The notes: generated from the sequence alone by a model not told the origin. DNA of 64,000 nt from Candidatus Caldifonticola tengchongensis (GCA_031432545.1 JAVKGX010000003.1:57861-121860), one strand, 5' to 3'. Shown: positions 32,687 through 42,687, counted from the stretch's first letter. Numbers and translations are program-made.

Positions 32687-33114
32687 GGGTGCTGTTCGTG
32701 TGCACCGGGAACTCGGCGCGGTCGCAGATGGCCGAGGGTCTGCTCCGGCATCTTGGGGGCGGGCGGATTGAGGTCTACAGCGCCGGCACCGAACCGAGGG
32801 GGCTGAACCCGTATGCGGTGCGGGCGATGGCCGAGCGTGGGATCGACATCTCCCATCACACGAGCAAAAGCCTGGAACCGTTCCTGGGCCAGAGGTTCGA
32901 CTGGGTGATCACGGTCTGTGACAGGGCGAAGCAATCCTGCCCCACGTTCACCGGTGCGGCCGGACGCATCCACTGGTCGGTCGGCGATCCCGCGGAGGTC
33001 CAAGGATCCGACGAACAAGTACTGTCTGCATTCCGGGCCGTCCGCGACGACCTGGAAGCCCGCATCCGCACGTTCCTTTCGCAGCGTGCACCGGCCGGCA
33101 CACCCTCCAGCTGA
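32683..33114 (+). CDS. arsC: arsenate reductase, thioredoxin-coupled LMW-PTP family (ArsC)
   Basis: P-loop CTGNSARSQMAEG (CX5R) plus a Cys triad (C7, C79, C86: VCDRAKQSCP) matching Bacillus-type ArsC C10/C82/C89 spacing. GTG overlaps the phoU stop (GTGA). Confidence 0.75.
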   Translation: MRVLFVCTGNSARSQMAEGLLRHLGGGRIEVYSAGTEPRGLNPYAVRAMAERGIDISHHTSKSLEPFLGQRFDWVITVCDRAKQSCPTFTGAAGRIHWSVGDPAEVQGSDEQVLSAFRAVRDDLEARIRTFLSQRAPAGTPSS

Positions 33115-33162
33115 CCCCCCGGGGGCGACGACGGGTCGTGTGGGTGGACTTGCGACCGCGCG

Positions 33163-33191
33163 TTGGACACCGGTGCGGCCGGTTGCTATAA
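33163..33191 (+). promoter_or_regulatory. strong sigma-A-type promoter (TTGGAC - 17 nt - TATAAT, with TGn extension)
   Basis: -35 at 33163-33168; extended -10 tTGcTATAAT at 33183-33191; about 55 nt upstream of rplY. Confidence 0.55.
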
Positions 33192-33252
33192 TCGGCTGCC
33201 GGGCTGGCCGGAGCACGGCGTTCGCCGCAGCGTCTGTGGACGGAGGATCTCG

Positions 33253-33915
33253 ATGCAGCGTCTTTCACTGGAAGCGGAAGTTCGGAGCCGGACCGGCAAG
33301 GAGGTGGCGCGCAAGTTGCGCGCGGCCGGCCGGATCCCGGCGGTCCTCTACGGGCGGGGGATCGACCCGGTGGCCTTGAGCGTCGAGGCGAAGGCGTTCG
33401 AGTCCGCGCTGCTCACGGCTGCGGGGACCAACGTCCTCCTCGACCTCGTCATCCGCGGCAACGGTGCGCCGCGCAATGAGATCGCCATGGTGCAGGAGAT
33501 CCAGCGCGATGTCCTGCGCAGGCGCATCGTACACGTCGACTTCCACAAGATCCACCTGACCGAGAAGATCCACGCACGGATCCCGGTGGTCCTCCGCGGG
33601 GAGGCACGCGGCGTCAAGGAGGGCGGCATCCTCGAACACCTTTTGCGCGAGGTCGAAGTGGAGTGCCTTCCCACTGCGCTGCCCGAACGCTTCGACCTGG
33701 ACGTATCCGACCTGATGGTGGGTCACTCGCTGCACGTCAGCGACCTCCGCGCCCCGGAAGGTGTCACGCTCCTGACTTCGCCCGAGGAGACGATCGTGAC
33801 GATCATCGCTCCGGCCGCCGGCGTGGAGGAGGAAGCGGCCCCGCCGGCGGAGGAGGCGGCGGAACCGGAACTGGTCGGCGCGGAGAAGAAGGGACCCGAG
33901 GAGTCCGAAGAATGA
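33253..33915 (+). CDS. rplY: 50S ribosomal protein L25 / general stress protein Ctc
   Basis: ATG 33253 with RBS ggaggatctcg. L25 N-domain plus Ctc-type C-terminal extension with acidic tail. 220 aa. Confidence 0.88.
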   Translation: MQRLSLEAEVRSRTGKEVARKLRAAGRIPAVLYGRGIDPVALSVEAKAFESALLTAAGTNVLLDLVIRGNGAPRNEIAMVQEIQRDVLRRRIVHVDFHKIHLTEKIHARIPVVLRGEARGVKEGGILEHLLREVEVECLPTALPERFDLDVSDLMVGHSLHVSDLRAPEGVTLLTSPEETIVTIIAPAAGVEEEAAPPAEEAAEPELVGAEKKGPEESEE

Positions 33916-33989
33916 AACGCTGACTGCCGGAGTCCGACCCTCCCGACCTCGAAGTCTGACCCCTGCCGCTGCCTGCTACACTGTCAGCG

Positions 33990-34565
33990 ATGAAGCTCGT
34001 CGTCGGCCTGGGGAACCCCGGACGCCGCTATCGCGGTACGCGTCACAACGTCGGGTGGGACGTACTGGACGTCCTGGCGCGTCGGTGGGACGTCGACGTC
34101 TCGCACGACGAGGGCTACGCGACGGTGGGCCGCGGAGTCGTCGCCGGCCGCCATGTCTGGCTGGCGAAGCCCTGGACGTACATGAACCTGAGCGGGGTCG
34201 CCGTGAGGGAACTGGCACGCCGCCACCGCTGGAAGCCACACGAGATCCTCGTGATCTATGACGACATGGATCTGCCGGTCGGGACGATCCGCGTGCGGGC
34301 GCGGGGCAGCGCGGGCGGACACCGCGGCATGGCCTCGGTGATCGAGGAACTGGGCACCTCCGAGATCCCCCGTGTGCGCATCGGCATCGGACGCTCCGGT
34401 GCTGACGCCGTCGATCACGTGCTGTCGCGTTTTGACTCCGCCGAAGAGCCGGTGATCCGGCAGGCGGTGGCCCGCGCGGCGGACGCCGTGGAGGCGATTT
34501 TGCGCGAGGGGATCGAGCAGGCCATGGATCGCTTCAACCGGAGGGCGGCGCTGTCTGCGCCGTGA
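33990..34565 (+). CDS. pth: peptidyl-tRNA hydrolase
   Basis: MKLVVGLGNPG...HNVGW...; 191 aa. Confidence 0.93.
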   Translation: MKLVVGLGNPGRRYRGTRHNVGWDVLDVLARRWDVDVSHDEGYATVGRGVVAGRHVWLAKPWTYMNLSGVAVRELARRHRWKPHEILVIYDDMDLPVGTIRVRARGSAGGHRGMASVIEELGTSEIPRVRIGIGRSGADAVDHVLSRFDSAEEPVIRQAVARAADAVEAILREGIEQAMDRFNRRAALSAP

Positions 34566-34572
34566 CAGGGCG

Positions 34573-35316
34573 ATGGCACGTGGCCGCGCCGAGATGACCT
34601 GGATCGAGCACCTGGAGGAACTCCGGGCGCGGCTGATCTGGAGCCTCGTCGGGCTTGCCGTCGGGACGGCCGTCTGCTGGGTGTTCTCCGAGGCGCTGCT
34701 GCGCGCCCTGCTGCGTCCGGCCGGGGTGCAGCTGCACGCCATCGGCATGCTCGAGCCGTTCCTGGCGAAGTTCCGGGTCGCGGTCACCGGCGGGTTCGCG
34801 CTCGCGATGCCGTGGATCGTCTACCAGGCGTTTCGGTTCGTCGACCCGGCGCTGAAGCCGGACGAGCGGCGGGTGCTGATTCCCGTGTCGATCGCGGCCG
34901 GGCTGCTGTTTCTGTCCGGCGCCGCGTTCAGTTACTTCTTCGTCGTCCCGGCCGCGTCCGAGTGGCTGCTCTCGCACGCCGGGGGGCTGATCCGGGTCCA
35001 GATCACCGCCCTGAACTACCTCCACTTCATCACGTGGCTGATGGTGGGGCTGGGGCTGGGGTTCCAGACGCCGCTGCTCGTGATCGCGGCCTGTGTGCTG
35101 GGGATCGTGACGCCGCGCCGGTTGCAGCAGGAGTGGCGGGTGGCGGTGATGGTCATCCTGGTCGTCTCGGCGGCCGTGACGCCGGACTGGAGCCCGGTGA
35201 CGATGTTCATGCTGGCGGCGCCGATGTTCCTGTTGTACGAGGGGGCGATCCTGGTATCGGCCCTCATCCTGCGCCGGCGTCAGGCGGCGCAGCGGTATGC
35301 GGTAGGGAGCCGGTAA
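34573..35316 (+). CDS. tatC: twin-arginine translocase subunit TatC
   Basis: 6-TM protein with the TatC N-terminal amphipathic motif ([11 protein letters not shown]). ATG 34594 is an alternative start. Confidence 0.85.
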   Translation: MARGRAEMTWIEHLEELRARLIWSLVGLAVGTAVCWVFSEALLRALLRPAGVQLHAIGMLEPFLAKFRVAVTGGFALAMPWIVYQAFRFVDPALKPDERRVLIPVSIAAGLLFLSGAAFSYFFVVPAASEWLLSHAGGLIRVQITALNYLHFITWLMVGLGLGFQTPLLVIAACVLGIVTPRRLQQEWRVAVMVILVVSAAVTPDWSPVTMFMLAAPMFLLYEGAILVSALILRRRQAAQRYAVGSR

Positions 35317-35332
35317 GCCAAGACGGACGAGC

Positions 35333-35905
35333 ATGACAGACCGCCCTCGCGTCCCCCCGGGGCAGTACGTGACCGAGAAGTGGCCTGTGTTGCACTACGG
35401 GTCCGTGCCGCGCACGGACCTGAGCCGCTGGACGTTTCGTGTCTTCGGCGCGGTCGAGGAGGAGAAGACGTGGACGTACGAAGAGTTCCTCGCCCTCGGC
35501 CACATCGAGGTTCGGTGCGACGTGCACTGCGTGACCCGGTGGAGTAAGCTGGACAACGTCTTTGCGGGCGTACCGTTCCGCGCGGTCCTCGCTCGCGTCC
35601 GCCGCAGGCCCGAAGCCGACTGGGTCATGGTGCACGCGGAGGAAGGGTACACGACGAACGTGCCGCTGGTCGACCTGGACCGTGACGACGTACTGTTCGC
35701 CCACAGCCACAACGGCCATCCGCTCACGCCCGAGCACGGCTGGCCCCTGCGCCTGGTCGTACCGCACCTGTACTTCTGGAAGAGCGCGAAGTGGGTGCGC
35801 GGGCTGGAGTTCGGGACTGAGGACCGTCCCGGCTTTTGGGAGCAGGCCGGTTACCACATGCGCGGGGACCCCTGGCGCGAGCAGCGGTTCGGTGACGACG
35901 GGTAG
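35333..35905 (+). CDS. small molybdopterin-dependent oxidoreductase, sulfite-oxidase-family catalytic domain (YuiH-like)
   Basis: 190 aa. Moco-binding signature region (HCVTRWS...GVPF...) with no dimerisation domain, like short Firmicute YuiH-type proteins. Confidence 0.65.
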   Translation: MTDRPRVPPGQYVTEKWPVLHYGSVPRTDLSRWTFRVFGAVEEEKTWTYEEFLALGHIEVRCDVHCVTRWSKLDNVFAGVPFRAVLARVRRRPEADWVMVHAEEGYTTNVPLVDLDRDDVLFAHSHNGHPLTPEHGWPLRLVVPHLYFWKSAKWVRGLEFGTEDRPGFWEQAGYHMRGDPWREQRFGDDG

Positions 35906-35917
35906 CGGGCCGCCGCC

Positions 35918-35946
35918 TTGACAGACGCGAAGCGGCCGCGTATGGT
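35918..35946 (+). promoter_or_regulatory. sigma-A-type promoter (TTGACA - 17 nt - TATGGT) for the metG leader
   Basis: Perfect -35 at 35918-35923, good -10 at 35941-35946. Confidence 0.5.
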
Positions 35947-35954
35947 CGGAGGCA

Positions 35955-36270
35955 CAGGCGAAGACGGAGCGGGAGTACACGCGGTCGGAGGGTCGGAGCG
36001 AGCCGGGTCGGTGAGAGCCGGTGCCCGGGCCGCGTCCCGAGGGGGGCGTCCCGCGGAGGGGTGTTTGAGTCCGCGGGACGGGAACATGGCTCCGGAGCCG
36101 CCGGGCGAAAAGCCGTTTCGTGAGTAGCCCATGCCGGGTCGGCCCGTGACAGCCGGCCGAGAGCCAGCGGATCTGAAGGTCGCGGTGTCGGCTTCGGATC
36201 CTTGGAAGCCTGGGTGGTACCGCGGAGAGCCCCTTCGTCCCAAAGGACGTCGGGGCTCTCGGCCGTTCGA
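35955..36270 (+). promoter_or_regulatory. T-box riboswitch leader with terminator, upstream of metG
   Basis: T-box sequence cctGGGTGGTACCGCGG at 36211-36225, then hairpin gagagcccc..ggggctctc (36226-36260) and ggccgUUcg. GUGAGAG K-turn-like element near 36005. Candidate AUG specifier in GAACAUGG at 36086-36088. Confidence 0.75.
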
Positions 36271-36275
36271 AAGAG

Positions 36276-38255
36276 GTGATCGGCGTGTCTGGAACGTTCT
36301 ACATCACCACGGCCATCGACTACGTGAACGCAACGCCGCACATCGGCCACGCGTACGAGAAGGTCCTCGCCGACGTGCTGGCCCGCTACCACCGGCTGGC
36401 CGGGGACGAGGTGTTCTTCTTGACGGGCACCGACGAGCACGGCCAGAACATCGCCACCGCCGCGGCCCAGGCGGGGGAGGACGTGCAGACGTTTGTGGAC
36501 CGCAACGCCGCTGCCTTCCGGCAGCTGTGCCGCGACCTGAACCTGTCCAACGACGACTTCATCCGCACCACCGACCGCAAGCGCCACTGGCCCGCGGTGC
36601 AGGAGATCTGGCGCCGGGCGGCGGCGGCCGGCGACCTGCACAAGAAGCACTACCGGGCTCTGTACTGCGTGCAGTGCGAGGCGTTCGTGACCCTCAGCGA
36701 GCTGGTGGACGGGCGGTGTCCCCGACACCTAACGGAGCCGCAGGTGGTGGAGGAGGAAAACTACTTCTTCCGGCTGTCGCGCTACCGCGACCGACTCCGT
36801 CAGCTGTTCGAGGAGCGGCGGGACTTCGTGGTGCCCGAGAGCCGGTGGGCGGAGATGCTGCAGCTGGTGGACACCCTCGAGGACGTCTCGGTCTCGCGGC
36901 CGGTGGAGAAGCTGTCGTGGGGGATTCCCGTGCCGGACGACCCGGGCCACGTGGTCTACGTGTGGTTCGACGCGCTCACCAACTACATCAGCGCCATCGG
37001 CTTCGGGCAGGATGAGGACCGCTTCCGGGCGTGGTGGCCCGCCCACCACCTCATCGGCAAGGACATCAACCGGTTCCACTCGCTGTTGTGGCCGGCCATG
37101 CTGCTCAGCGCGGGCGTGGAGCCGCCGCGGCAGGTGCTCGTGCACGGCTTTTTGACCCTTGAGGGGCAGAAGATCAGCAAGACGCTGGGCAACGTGGTGG
37201 ATCCCGTCGCGGTGGCTCGTGACCTGGCGGAGCGCAGCGGGGCGGAGCTGGACGTGTGCGTGGACGCGGTGCGCTACTTCCTGCTGCGGGAGATTCCGTT
37301 CGGTGCGGACGGAGACTTCAGCCGCGCGCAGCTGCTCGGGCGGTTCAACGCCGACCTGGCCAACGACTACGGGAACCTGCTGAACCGCACGCTGCCCCTG
37401 CTGGAGCGGTACTTCGGCGGTCTGCTCCCCGAGCCCGGGCCGGAAGAGGGCGGGGACGCGGCGCTGCGCGGCCAGGCCGAGGCGCTGGCCGATGCGGTGC
37501 TGGCGAGCGTGCGGCGGTGCGACTTCCAGCGGGCCTTGGGTGCGATCTGGCAGCTGCTGGGTGCGGCCAACCGCTACCTGGATCAGGAGGCGCCGTGGAA
37601 TCTCCACAAGGAGGGAAGGCGCGAACGGGCGGGCACCGTCCTCGTCAACACGCTGGAGGCACTGCGCGTCGCCAACGTGCTGCTCGAGCCGGTGTTGCCG
37701 TCGGCGACGTTGAAGGTCTGGACACAGCTGGGCCATCCGGAGTTCGAAGACCGTGCCCGCCAGGTGCGCGGGTCCGGACGGGTATGGCGCGGCACCGGGC
37801 TCACGGTGGACGACGCGCGTACCTGGCGGTGGCTGCGGGCGGGTACGCGGGTGCAGCCGGCAGCGCCGATCTTCCCGCGCGTGGATTCCAGGGCGGCGGC
37901 TGCAGGTGAACCGGAGGAGGCACAGATGTCGGGGGCGATCACCATCGAGGAGTTCCGCAGGCTGGATCTCCGTGTGGCCAAGGTGCTGGACGCGCGGCGT
38001 GTTCCGAACACCGACAAGCTGATCGAGGCCAGGGTCGACATCGGGGGCGAGGTCCGCACGATCGTCACCGGCCTGATCCCTCACTACGCACCCGAAGACC
38101 TGGTGGGCAAGACGATCGTGGTGTTGGCGAACCTGCAGCCGCGCAAGGTCCGCGGGGTCGAGTCCCGCGGCATGCTGCTGGCTGCGGAAGCCGACGACAC
38201 CCTGGGTCTGGTCGTCCTCGACAGAGACATGCCGGCCGGGGCGAGGGTGTCTTAG
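36276..38255 (+). CDS. metG: methionine--tRNA ligase with C-terminal EMAP/Trbp111-like tRNA-binding domain
   Basis: HIGH motif (TPHIGHAY), KMSKS (KISKT), Zn knuckle (CVQCEAF...CPRH). C-terminal OB-fold tRNA-binding domain. GTG 36276 (GTG 36285 is an alternative). Confidence 0.93.
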   Translation: MIGVSGTFYITTAIDYVNATPHIGHAYEKVLADVLARYHRLAGDEVFFLTGTDEHGQNIATAAAQAGEDVQTFVDRNAAAFRQLCRDLNLSNDDFIRTTDRKRHWPAVQEIWRRAAAAGDLHKKHYRALYCVQCEAFVTLSELVDGRCPRHLTEPQVVEEENYFFRLSRYRDRLRQLFEERRDFVVPESRWAEMLQLVDTLEDVSVSRPVEKLSWGIPVPDDPGHVVYVWFDALTNYISAIGFGQDEDRFRAWWPAHHLIGKDINRFHSLLWPAMLLSAGVEPPRQVLVHGFLTLEGQKISKTLGNVVDPVAVARDLAERSGAELDVCVDAVRYFLLREIPFGADGDFSRAQLLGRFNADLANDYGNLLNRTLPLLERYFGGLLPEPGPEEGGDAALRGQAEALADAVLASVRRCDFQRALGAIWQLLGAANRYLDQEAPWNLHKEGRRERAGTVLVNTLEALRVANVLLEPVLPSATLKVWTQLGHPEFEDRARQVRGSGRVWRGTGLTVDDARTWRWLRAGTRVQPAAPIFPRVDSRAAAAGEPEEAQMSGAITIEEFRRLDLRVAKVLDARRVPNTDKLIEARVDIGGEVRTIVTGLIPHYAPEDLVGKTIVVLANLQPRKVRGVESRGMLLAAEADDTLGLVVLDRDMPAGARVS

Positions 38256-38295
38256 CGGGCCGAACGCGCCCTCGCCCGGTTTCCGCCGACCGCCC

Positions 38296-39060
38296 GTGGT
38301 CGATACCCACCTGCACCTCGACAACCCCCAGTTCGACGGCGACCGCGAAGCGGTCGTCGAGCGCGCACTCCACGCCGGTGTGTGGTGCATGATCACAATG
38401 GGCGTTGACCTCGCCAGCAGCCGGCGAGCGGTGGCCCTGGCGGAGACCTACGACGCCGTCTTCGCGGCGGTCGGCATCCATCCGAACCAGGCCCACCGCG
38501 CCGGCGCCGACGACCTGGCGCGCATACGGGAACTGGCAGACCATCCACGCGTCGTCGCGATCGGTGAGTGCGGCCTGGACTATTACCGCGGATGGTGCCC
38601 GCCCGAGGTGCAGCGGGCGAACCTGCGCGCCCACATTCGGCTGAGCAACGAGATCGGAAAGCCCCTCGTGGTCCACAACCGCGAGGCACACGCCGACGTG
38701 ATGCGGATCCTAGAAGAAGAACAGGCCAGCCGCGTCGTCCTCCACGCCTTCGGCGGCCCCGCCGACCACACGGCGCAGGCCGCCGAACGCGGATACTGGA
38801 TGGGGCTGGGAGGATCGGTCACATACCCCAACGCGCACCAGGTGCGCGCGGCCGCCCGCGAGATCCCGTCGGAGTTGCTCCTCGTGGAGACGGACGCGCC
38901 CTACCTGCCGCCGGAGCCGCACCGGGGACGGCGCAACGAACCGGCCTACCTGCCGCGGATCGTGACGGCGATCGCGAAAGAACGAGGCCACAGCCTCCAG
39001 ACAGTCGGCGGACTCGCGGGCGAAAACGCGCTACGCTGTTTTGGGATCCGGATGCGCTAG
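38296..39060 (+). CDS. TatD-family metal-dependent DNase/hydrolase
   Basis: GTG 38296. (M)VDTHLHLD...GECGLDYY...HAFGG...ETDAPYL; 254 aa. Confidence 0.88.
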   Translation: MVDTHLHLDNPQFDGDREAVVERALHAGVWCMITMGVDLASSRRAVALAETYDAVFAAVGIHPNQAHRAGADDLARIRELADHPRVVAIGECGLDYYRGWCPPEVQRANLRAHIRLSNEIGKPLVVHNREAHADVMRILEEEQASRVVLHAFGGPADHTAQAAERGYWMGLGGSVTYPNAHQVRAAAREIPSELLLVETDAPYLPPEPHRGRRNEPAYLPRIVTAIAKERGHSLQTVGGLAGENALRCFGIRMR

Positions 39061-39152
39061 AGTCGGAAGACGATGGGCAGCAGGGTTCGTCTGTGGCTCC
39101 TTGGGAAAAGGGCCCGGGTTGGGTGCGCGGAGGACGAGAGGTCGAGGACAGC

Positions 39153-40235
39153 GTGCGCGCGGCGGTATGTCTGATCCTGAGCGTTGTGGCCCTGGCGGTG
39201 CCGGCGGCCGCGCAGTCCGCCGAGGACCGCGCGGAGATCGAACAGGGCCGCCGCGCGGCGCAGCAGATCGAGCGGCAGCTCAAGGTCGTCACCGACCCGG
39301 AGGTCAACGAGCGGGTGACGCGCATCGGCCGTGCGATCGCAGCCGTAACGGAGCGCCCGGACCTACCGTGGACGTTCAGGGTTGTCGAGCACAGGGTCCC
39401 CAATGCGGTCGCGCTGCCCGGCGGCTACATCTACCTGACCTCGGCGATCGTCCGCATCCTGCGCACCGACCACGAACTGGCCGGCCTGCTGGCGCACGAG
39501 GCCGCGCACGTGGCGCTGCGTCACCATCGTCGGATGGAGCGCGAGGCGCTGCGCACCAATCTCATCGTCATGCTGGTGGCGGTGCTGGTGCGCGACGCCA
39601 ACGTCGCCGCCGGCGCGCAGCTGCTCGGGGGCGGACTGCTGAGCGCCTTCACACGGGAGATGGAGCGCGAGGCCGACCGGGCCGCGGTGGGATACGTGCT
39701 CCAAACCGAATGGCACCCCGTGGGTGTCCTTACGTTGCTCGAACGCATGGCGTGGGAGGACCTGCTGACCGCCAACGTCGACCCCGGCGCCTTCCGCACG
39801 CATCCGACGTGGGCCGAGCGCCTGCGGGCCGTGGAGAACGAGCTGCACCGGCGCGGCGTGCCGATCCACCGCCGGATCTCGATGGGGTTCCTGCGGATCG
39901 ACGTCGCCGAGGAAGAGCTGCGGGGAGCTGCCGTGGGGGTGATCCGCGTCAATGGGGAGGTCGTGATGCGGCTGAGCGGCGGCCGGGCGCGGGCGGATCA
40001 GGTGGCCCGGCGGCTCGACCACGTGTTCAACGAGGACCCCTCGCCGTTCGACGTGCGCGCCGTGGGCGTGATGGACGAGTGGACGGTGCGCATCGGCGAC
40101 GAGCGCGTCCTGACGGTCACCGGGGACGACGTCCGCCTGCTCGGCCGCTCCGCCCGGGATCTGGCCAACGACTACGCGCAGCGCCTGCGTCAGGCGATCG
40201 CCGAGGACCGGCGGCGCAGGGCCCTCGGCGGTTAG
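39153..40235 (+). CDS. M48-family zinc metallopeptidase (secreted)
   Basis: GTG 39153 in frame within track ORF 38568-40235; signal peptide CLILSVVALAVPAAA; HEAAH zinc motif. Start is uncertain. The overlapping 39041-40330 ORF in another frame (Arg/Gly-rich) is judged an artefact. Confidence 0.65.
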   Translation: MRAAVCLILSVVALAVPAAAQSAEDRAEIEQGRRAAQQIERQLKVVTDPEVNERVTRIGRAIAAVTERPDLPWTFRVVEHRVPNAVALPGGYIYLTSAIVRILRTDHELAGLLAHEAAHVALRHHRRMEREALRTNLIVMLVAVLVRDANVAAGAQLLGGGLLSAFTREMEREADRAAVGYVLQTEWHPVGVLTLLERMAWEDLLTANVDPGAFRTHPTWAERLRAVENELHRRGVPIHRRISMGFLRIDVAEEELRGAAVGVIRVNGEVVMRLSGGRARADQVARRLDHVFNEDPSPFDVRAVGVMDEWTVRIGDERVLTVTGDDVRLLGRSARDLANDYAQRLRQAIAEDRRRRALGG

Positions 40236-40322
40236 GCCGCGTCCTGCCGCACCAAACGCACCGCATGAGCAGCCGGCGGTGGAAGACCTTGGGCCGGACA
40301 CCGTTCCCCAACACCGCGGTTC

Positions 40323-40331
40323 TGCTATGAT
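40323..40331 (+). promoter_or_regulatory. extended -10 promoter element TGcTATGAT for the tRNA
   Basis: tTGcTATGAT at 40323-40331, 12 nt before the mature tRNA 5' end. Confidence 0.4.
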
Positions 40332-40343
40332 GAGGTGTTGGAC

Positions 40344-40419
<76 letters not shown>

Positions 40420-40499
40420 GCCCTTCCACGTTGCGTCGTCTTCCGACCCCTCCGGATCGGTGCCCAGTTGCGACAACGGTGGGACCCGCTCCCGGCGCG

Positions 40500-41714
40500 T
40501 CACCGCGCCTGGTCGCGAGGCGCCAGCCAGCCGACCAGCGCCGCCGTCGCGATCAGGCTCGCCGCGATCAGAAAGACCGGCCGCGGTCCCATCGCCTCCG
40601 CGACGACGCCCGCCAGCAGCGGCGCGACGACGCCTCGCACCCCGAGCAGTGACGCGTACGCCCCAGTGTACTGGCTGACCCTGTCGGCGGGGGCGAGCTC
40701 CATCACCGCTGCCATCCACGCCAGGTCCATCGCGGCGATGACGAACCCGTCGGTGGCGAACGGCAGCAGCGCGTACCAAGTGGACGGAGCCAGGTAGAAG
40801 AGCAGGGGCGTCAAGATCCCTACGGCGAACACGATGCGAATCGCGGCCAGACCTGAGTGCCTGTCGATGAAGCGCCCCCACACGAAGAACGACAGGACCG
40901 AGCACGCCGACATCACCGCCGACAACACCCCCACTTGGCTGTTCGTCGCGCCCAGCTCGTCCACCAGCAGCAGCGGGACCGCCGGTGCCATCATCCATCC
41001 CCCGAAGCCGAAGACCGACGTCGTCACCAGCAACGCCCGAAACCGGGAGTCGGCGAGCGCCACGCGCCATGCTTCGTGCACGGAGGGCCGTTCGTTGGAC
41101 CGCGGCTGACCGGGTAGGTGGATGCGGCCGAAGACGAGCGCGCTCGCGATGCCGAAGACGGCGGCGACGGGGAACACCGCTGGGTAGCCAAAGCGCTGGA
41201 GGGCGGAGCCTGCGACGAGCGCGGCGAGAATCGATGCCAGGCTCAGCCCGACGCGCACCAGACCCAGCAACCTGCCGCGGTGCTCCCGCGGGAACACCGA
41301 GCGGATGGCCGCGGTGTAGGCCGGCAGGATCGTGCCGTGCACCAGGTGAAAGGCGATCACCAGGGCCACGAAGGCGTGCGGCCCGGAGACCAGAGGCGCG
41401 AGCAAGAACAGGCCCCGCGCGACCACCGACGGCCACACGACGAACGGGACGGGGTTGCGCCCGGCGATGATCGCGCTCCACCAGGCCGCGAACAGCAGTC
41501 CGATCGCCGGCCCCGCGGTCAGCAGGGAGACCTGGAGGGGGGTCGCACCCAGGCGGCGCGCCGTGACGCTCAAGAAGGGCAGGACCATGCCGGCGAACAG
41601 GCCGAACAGAACCGCGCCGCCGAGGTCGTACAGGAACGCACGCCGGGCCGCGGGCGGGATCGCAGGTAGGAAGCGCACGGTTCTGTTTGTACGGGCTCCA
41701 CTAGCGATTGTCAA
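40500..41714 (-). CDS. MFS transporter
   Basis: 404 aa with 12 predicted TM segments. TTG start at 41712-41714. Divergent from the psuG cluster. Confidence 0.75.
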   Translation of the reverse strand: MTIASGARTNRTVRFLPAIPPAARRAFLYDLGGAVLFGLFAGMVLPFLSVTARRLGATPLQVSLLTAGPAIGLLFAAWWSAIIAGRNPVPFVVWPSVVARGLFLLAPLVSGPHAFVALVIAFHLVHGTILPAYTAAIRSVFPREHRGRLLGLVRVGLSLASILAALVAGSALQRFGYPAVFPVAAVFGIASALVFGRIHLPGQPRSNERPSVHEAWRVALADSRFRALLVTTSVFGFGGWMMAPAVPLLLVDELGATNSQVGVLSAVMSACSVLSFFVWGRFIDRHSGLAAIRIVFAVGILTPLLFYLAPSTWYALLPFATDGFVIAAMDLAWMAAVMELAPADRVSQYTGAYASLLGVRGVVAPLLAGVVAEAMGPRPVFLIAASLIATAALVGWLAPRDQAR

Positions 41715-41739
41715 AGTCGGGGACGGTCCTCACGGCCGG

Positions 41740-41748
41740 TGCTAGAAT
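41740..41748 (+). promoter_or_regulatory. extended -10 element TGcTAGAAT upstream of psuG
   Basis: 41740-41748; no good -35 at 17 nt. Prediction only. Confidence 0.3.
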
Positions 41749-41799
41749 GAAGGAGACCGCCGGCCGCCCGAGCCGGCGTTTTCGTGTGCGGGGGTCGAG

Positions 41800-42687
41800 G
41801 TGCGCATCCACGCGGAGGTGGCCAGCGCTCTGGCGGGCGGCGTTCCGGTCGTCGCGCTGGAGACGACATTGTTTGCACATGGGCTGCCGTCCTCGGTGGT
41901 TCACCGGGTGCAGCAGGACGTGGAGGCGGCCGTGCGCGAGGAGGGCGCGGTCCCCGCTGCGATCGCCGTCCTGGAGGGGGAGATACGGGTCGGTCTGGGG
42001 CCGGAGGACTGGAGAGCCGTCTTCGATCGGCCACTGGACAAGGCGGGTCTGCGTGACCTGCCGGGGGCGGTGGCCAAGAGACGGGATGCGGCCACCACTG
42101 TCGCGTCGACGGCGTACCTCGCGTCGCGCGCGGGCATCCGCGTCTTCGCGACCGGTGGCATCGGCGGGGTGCACCGGGATGCGAGCCGTACCTGGGACGT
42201 GTCCGGCGACCTCACCGTCCTGAGCAGGACGCCGGTCGTGGTCGTCTGCTCCGGCGCGAAGTCGGTACTGGATCTGCCAGCCACGCTCGAGGCGCTGGAG
42301 ACGCTGCAGGTCACGGTGCTGGGCTTCCGAGTGGACCGGTTCCCAGCGTTCTACGTGGCCGACAGCGGGCTGCCGGTTCCGCGCGTGGAAAGCGAAGCGG
42401 AAGTGGCTGCGATCGTGCGTGCCCGCGACGCGCTCGGCCTGGCGTCCGCGGTGGTCGTCGCACAGCCCCCTCCGCCGGGCGCCGCGCTCGATCCCGAGGT
42501 GCACGACGCAGCCCTCGCGGATGCACTGCGCGCGGCGGAGGGCGTGCGGGGCAAGGAGGTCACGCCCGTGCTCCTGCGACGCCTGGCCGAGGCGACCGGC
42601 GGTGCAGCGGTCGAAGCCAACCGGCACCTCGCCGTCGCCAACGCGCGCCTGGCGGCGCGGATCGCGAGGGCACTGGTCGGGCACTGA
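41800..42687 (+). CDS. psuG: pseudouridine-5'-phosphate glycosidase
   Basis: GTG 41800 with RBS gcggggg. IndA/PsuG family N-terminus (...EVASALAGGVPVVALETTLFAHGLP...); 295 aa. Confidence 0.85.
   Translation: MRIHAEVASALAGGVPVVALETTLFAHGLPSSVVHRVQQDVEAAVREEGAVPAAIAVLEGEIRVGLGPEDWRAVFDRPLDKAGLRDLPGAVAKRRDAATTVASTAYLASRAGIRVFATGGIGGVHRDASRTWDVSGDLTVLSRTPVVVVCSGAKSVLDLPATLEALETLQVTVLGFRVDRFPAFYVADSGLPVPRVESEAEVAAIVRARDALGLASAVVVAQPPPPGAALDPEVHDAALADALRAAEGVRGKEVTPVLLRRLAEATGGAAVEANRHLAVANARLAARIARALVGH

Noticed and set aside
39041-40330. 429-aa Arg/Gly-rich + strand ORF overlapping the M48 peptidase gene.
   Set aside because: Different frame from the HEAAH-containing peptidase; pure low-complexity sequence; artefact.
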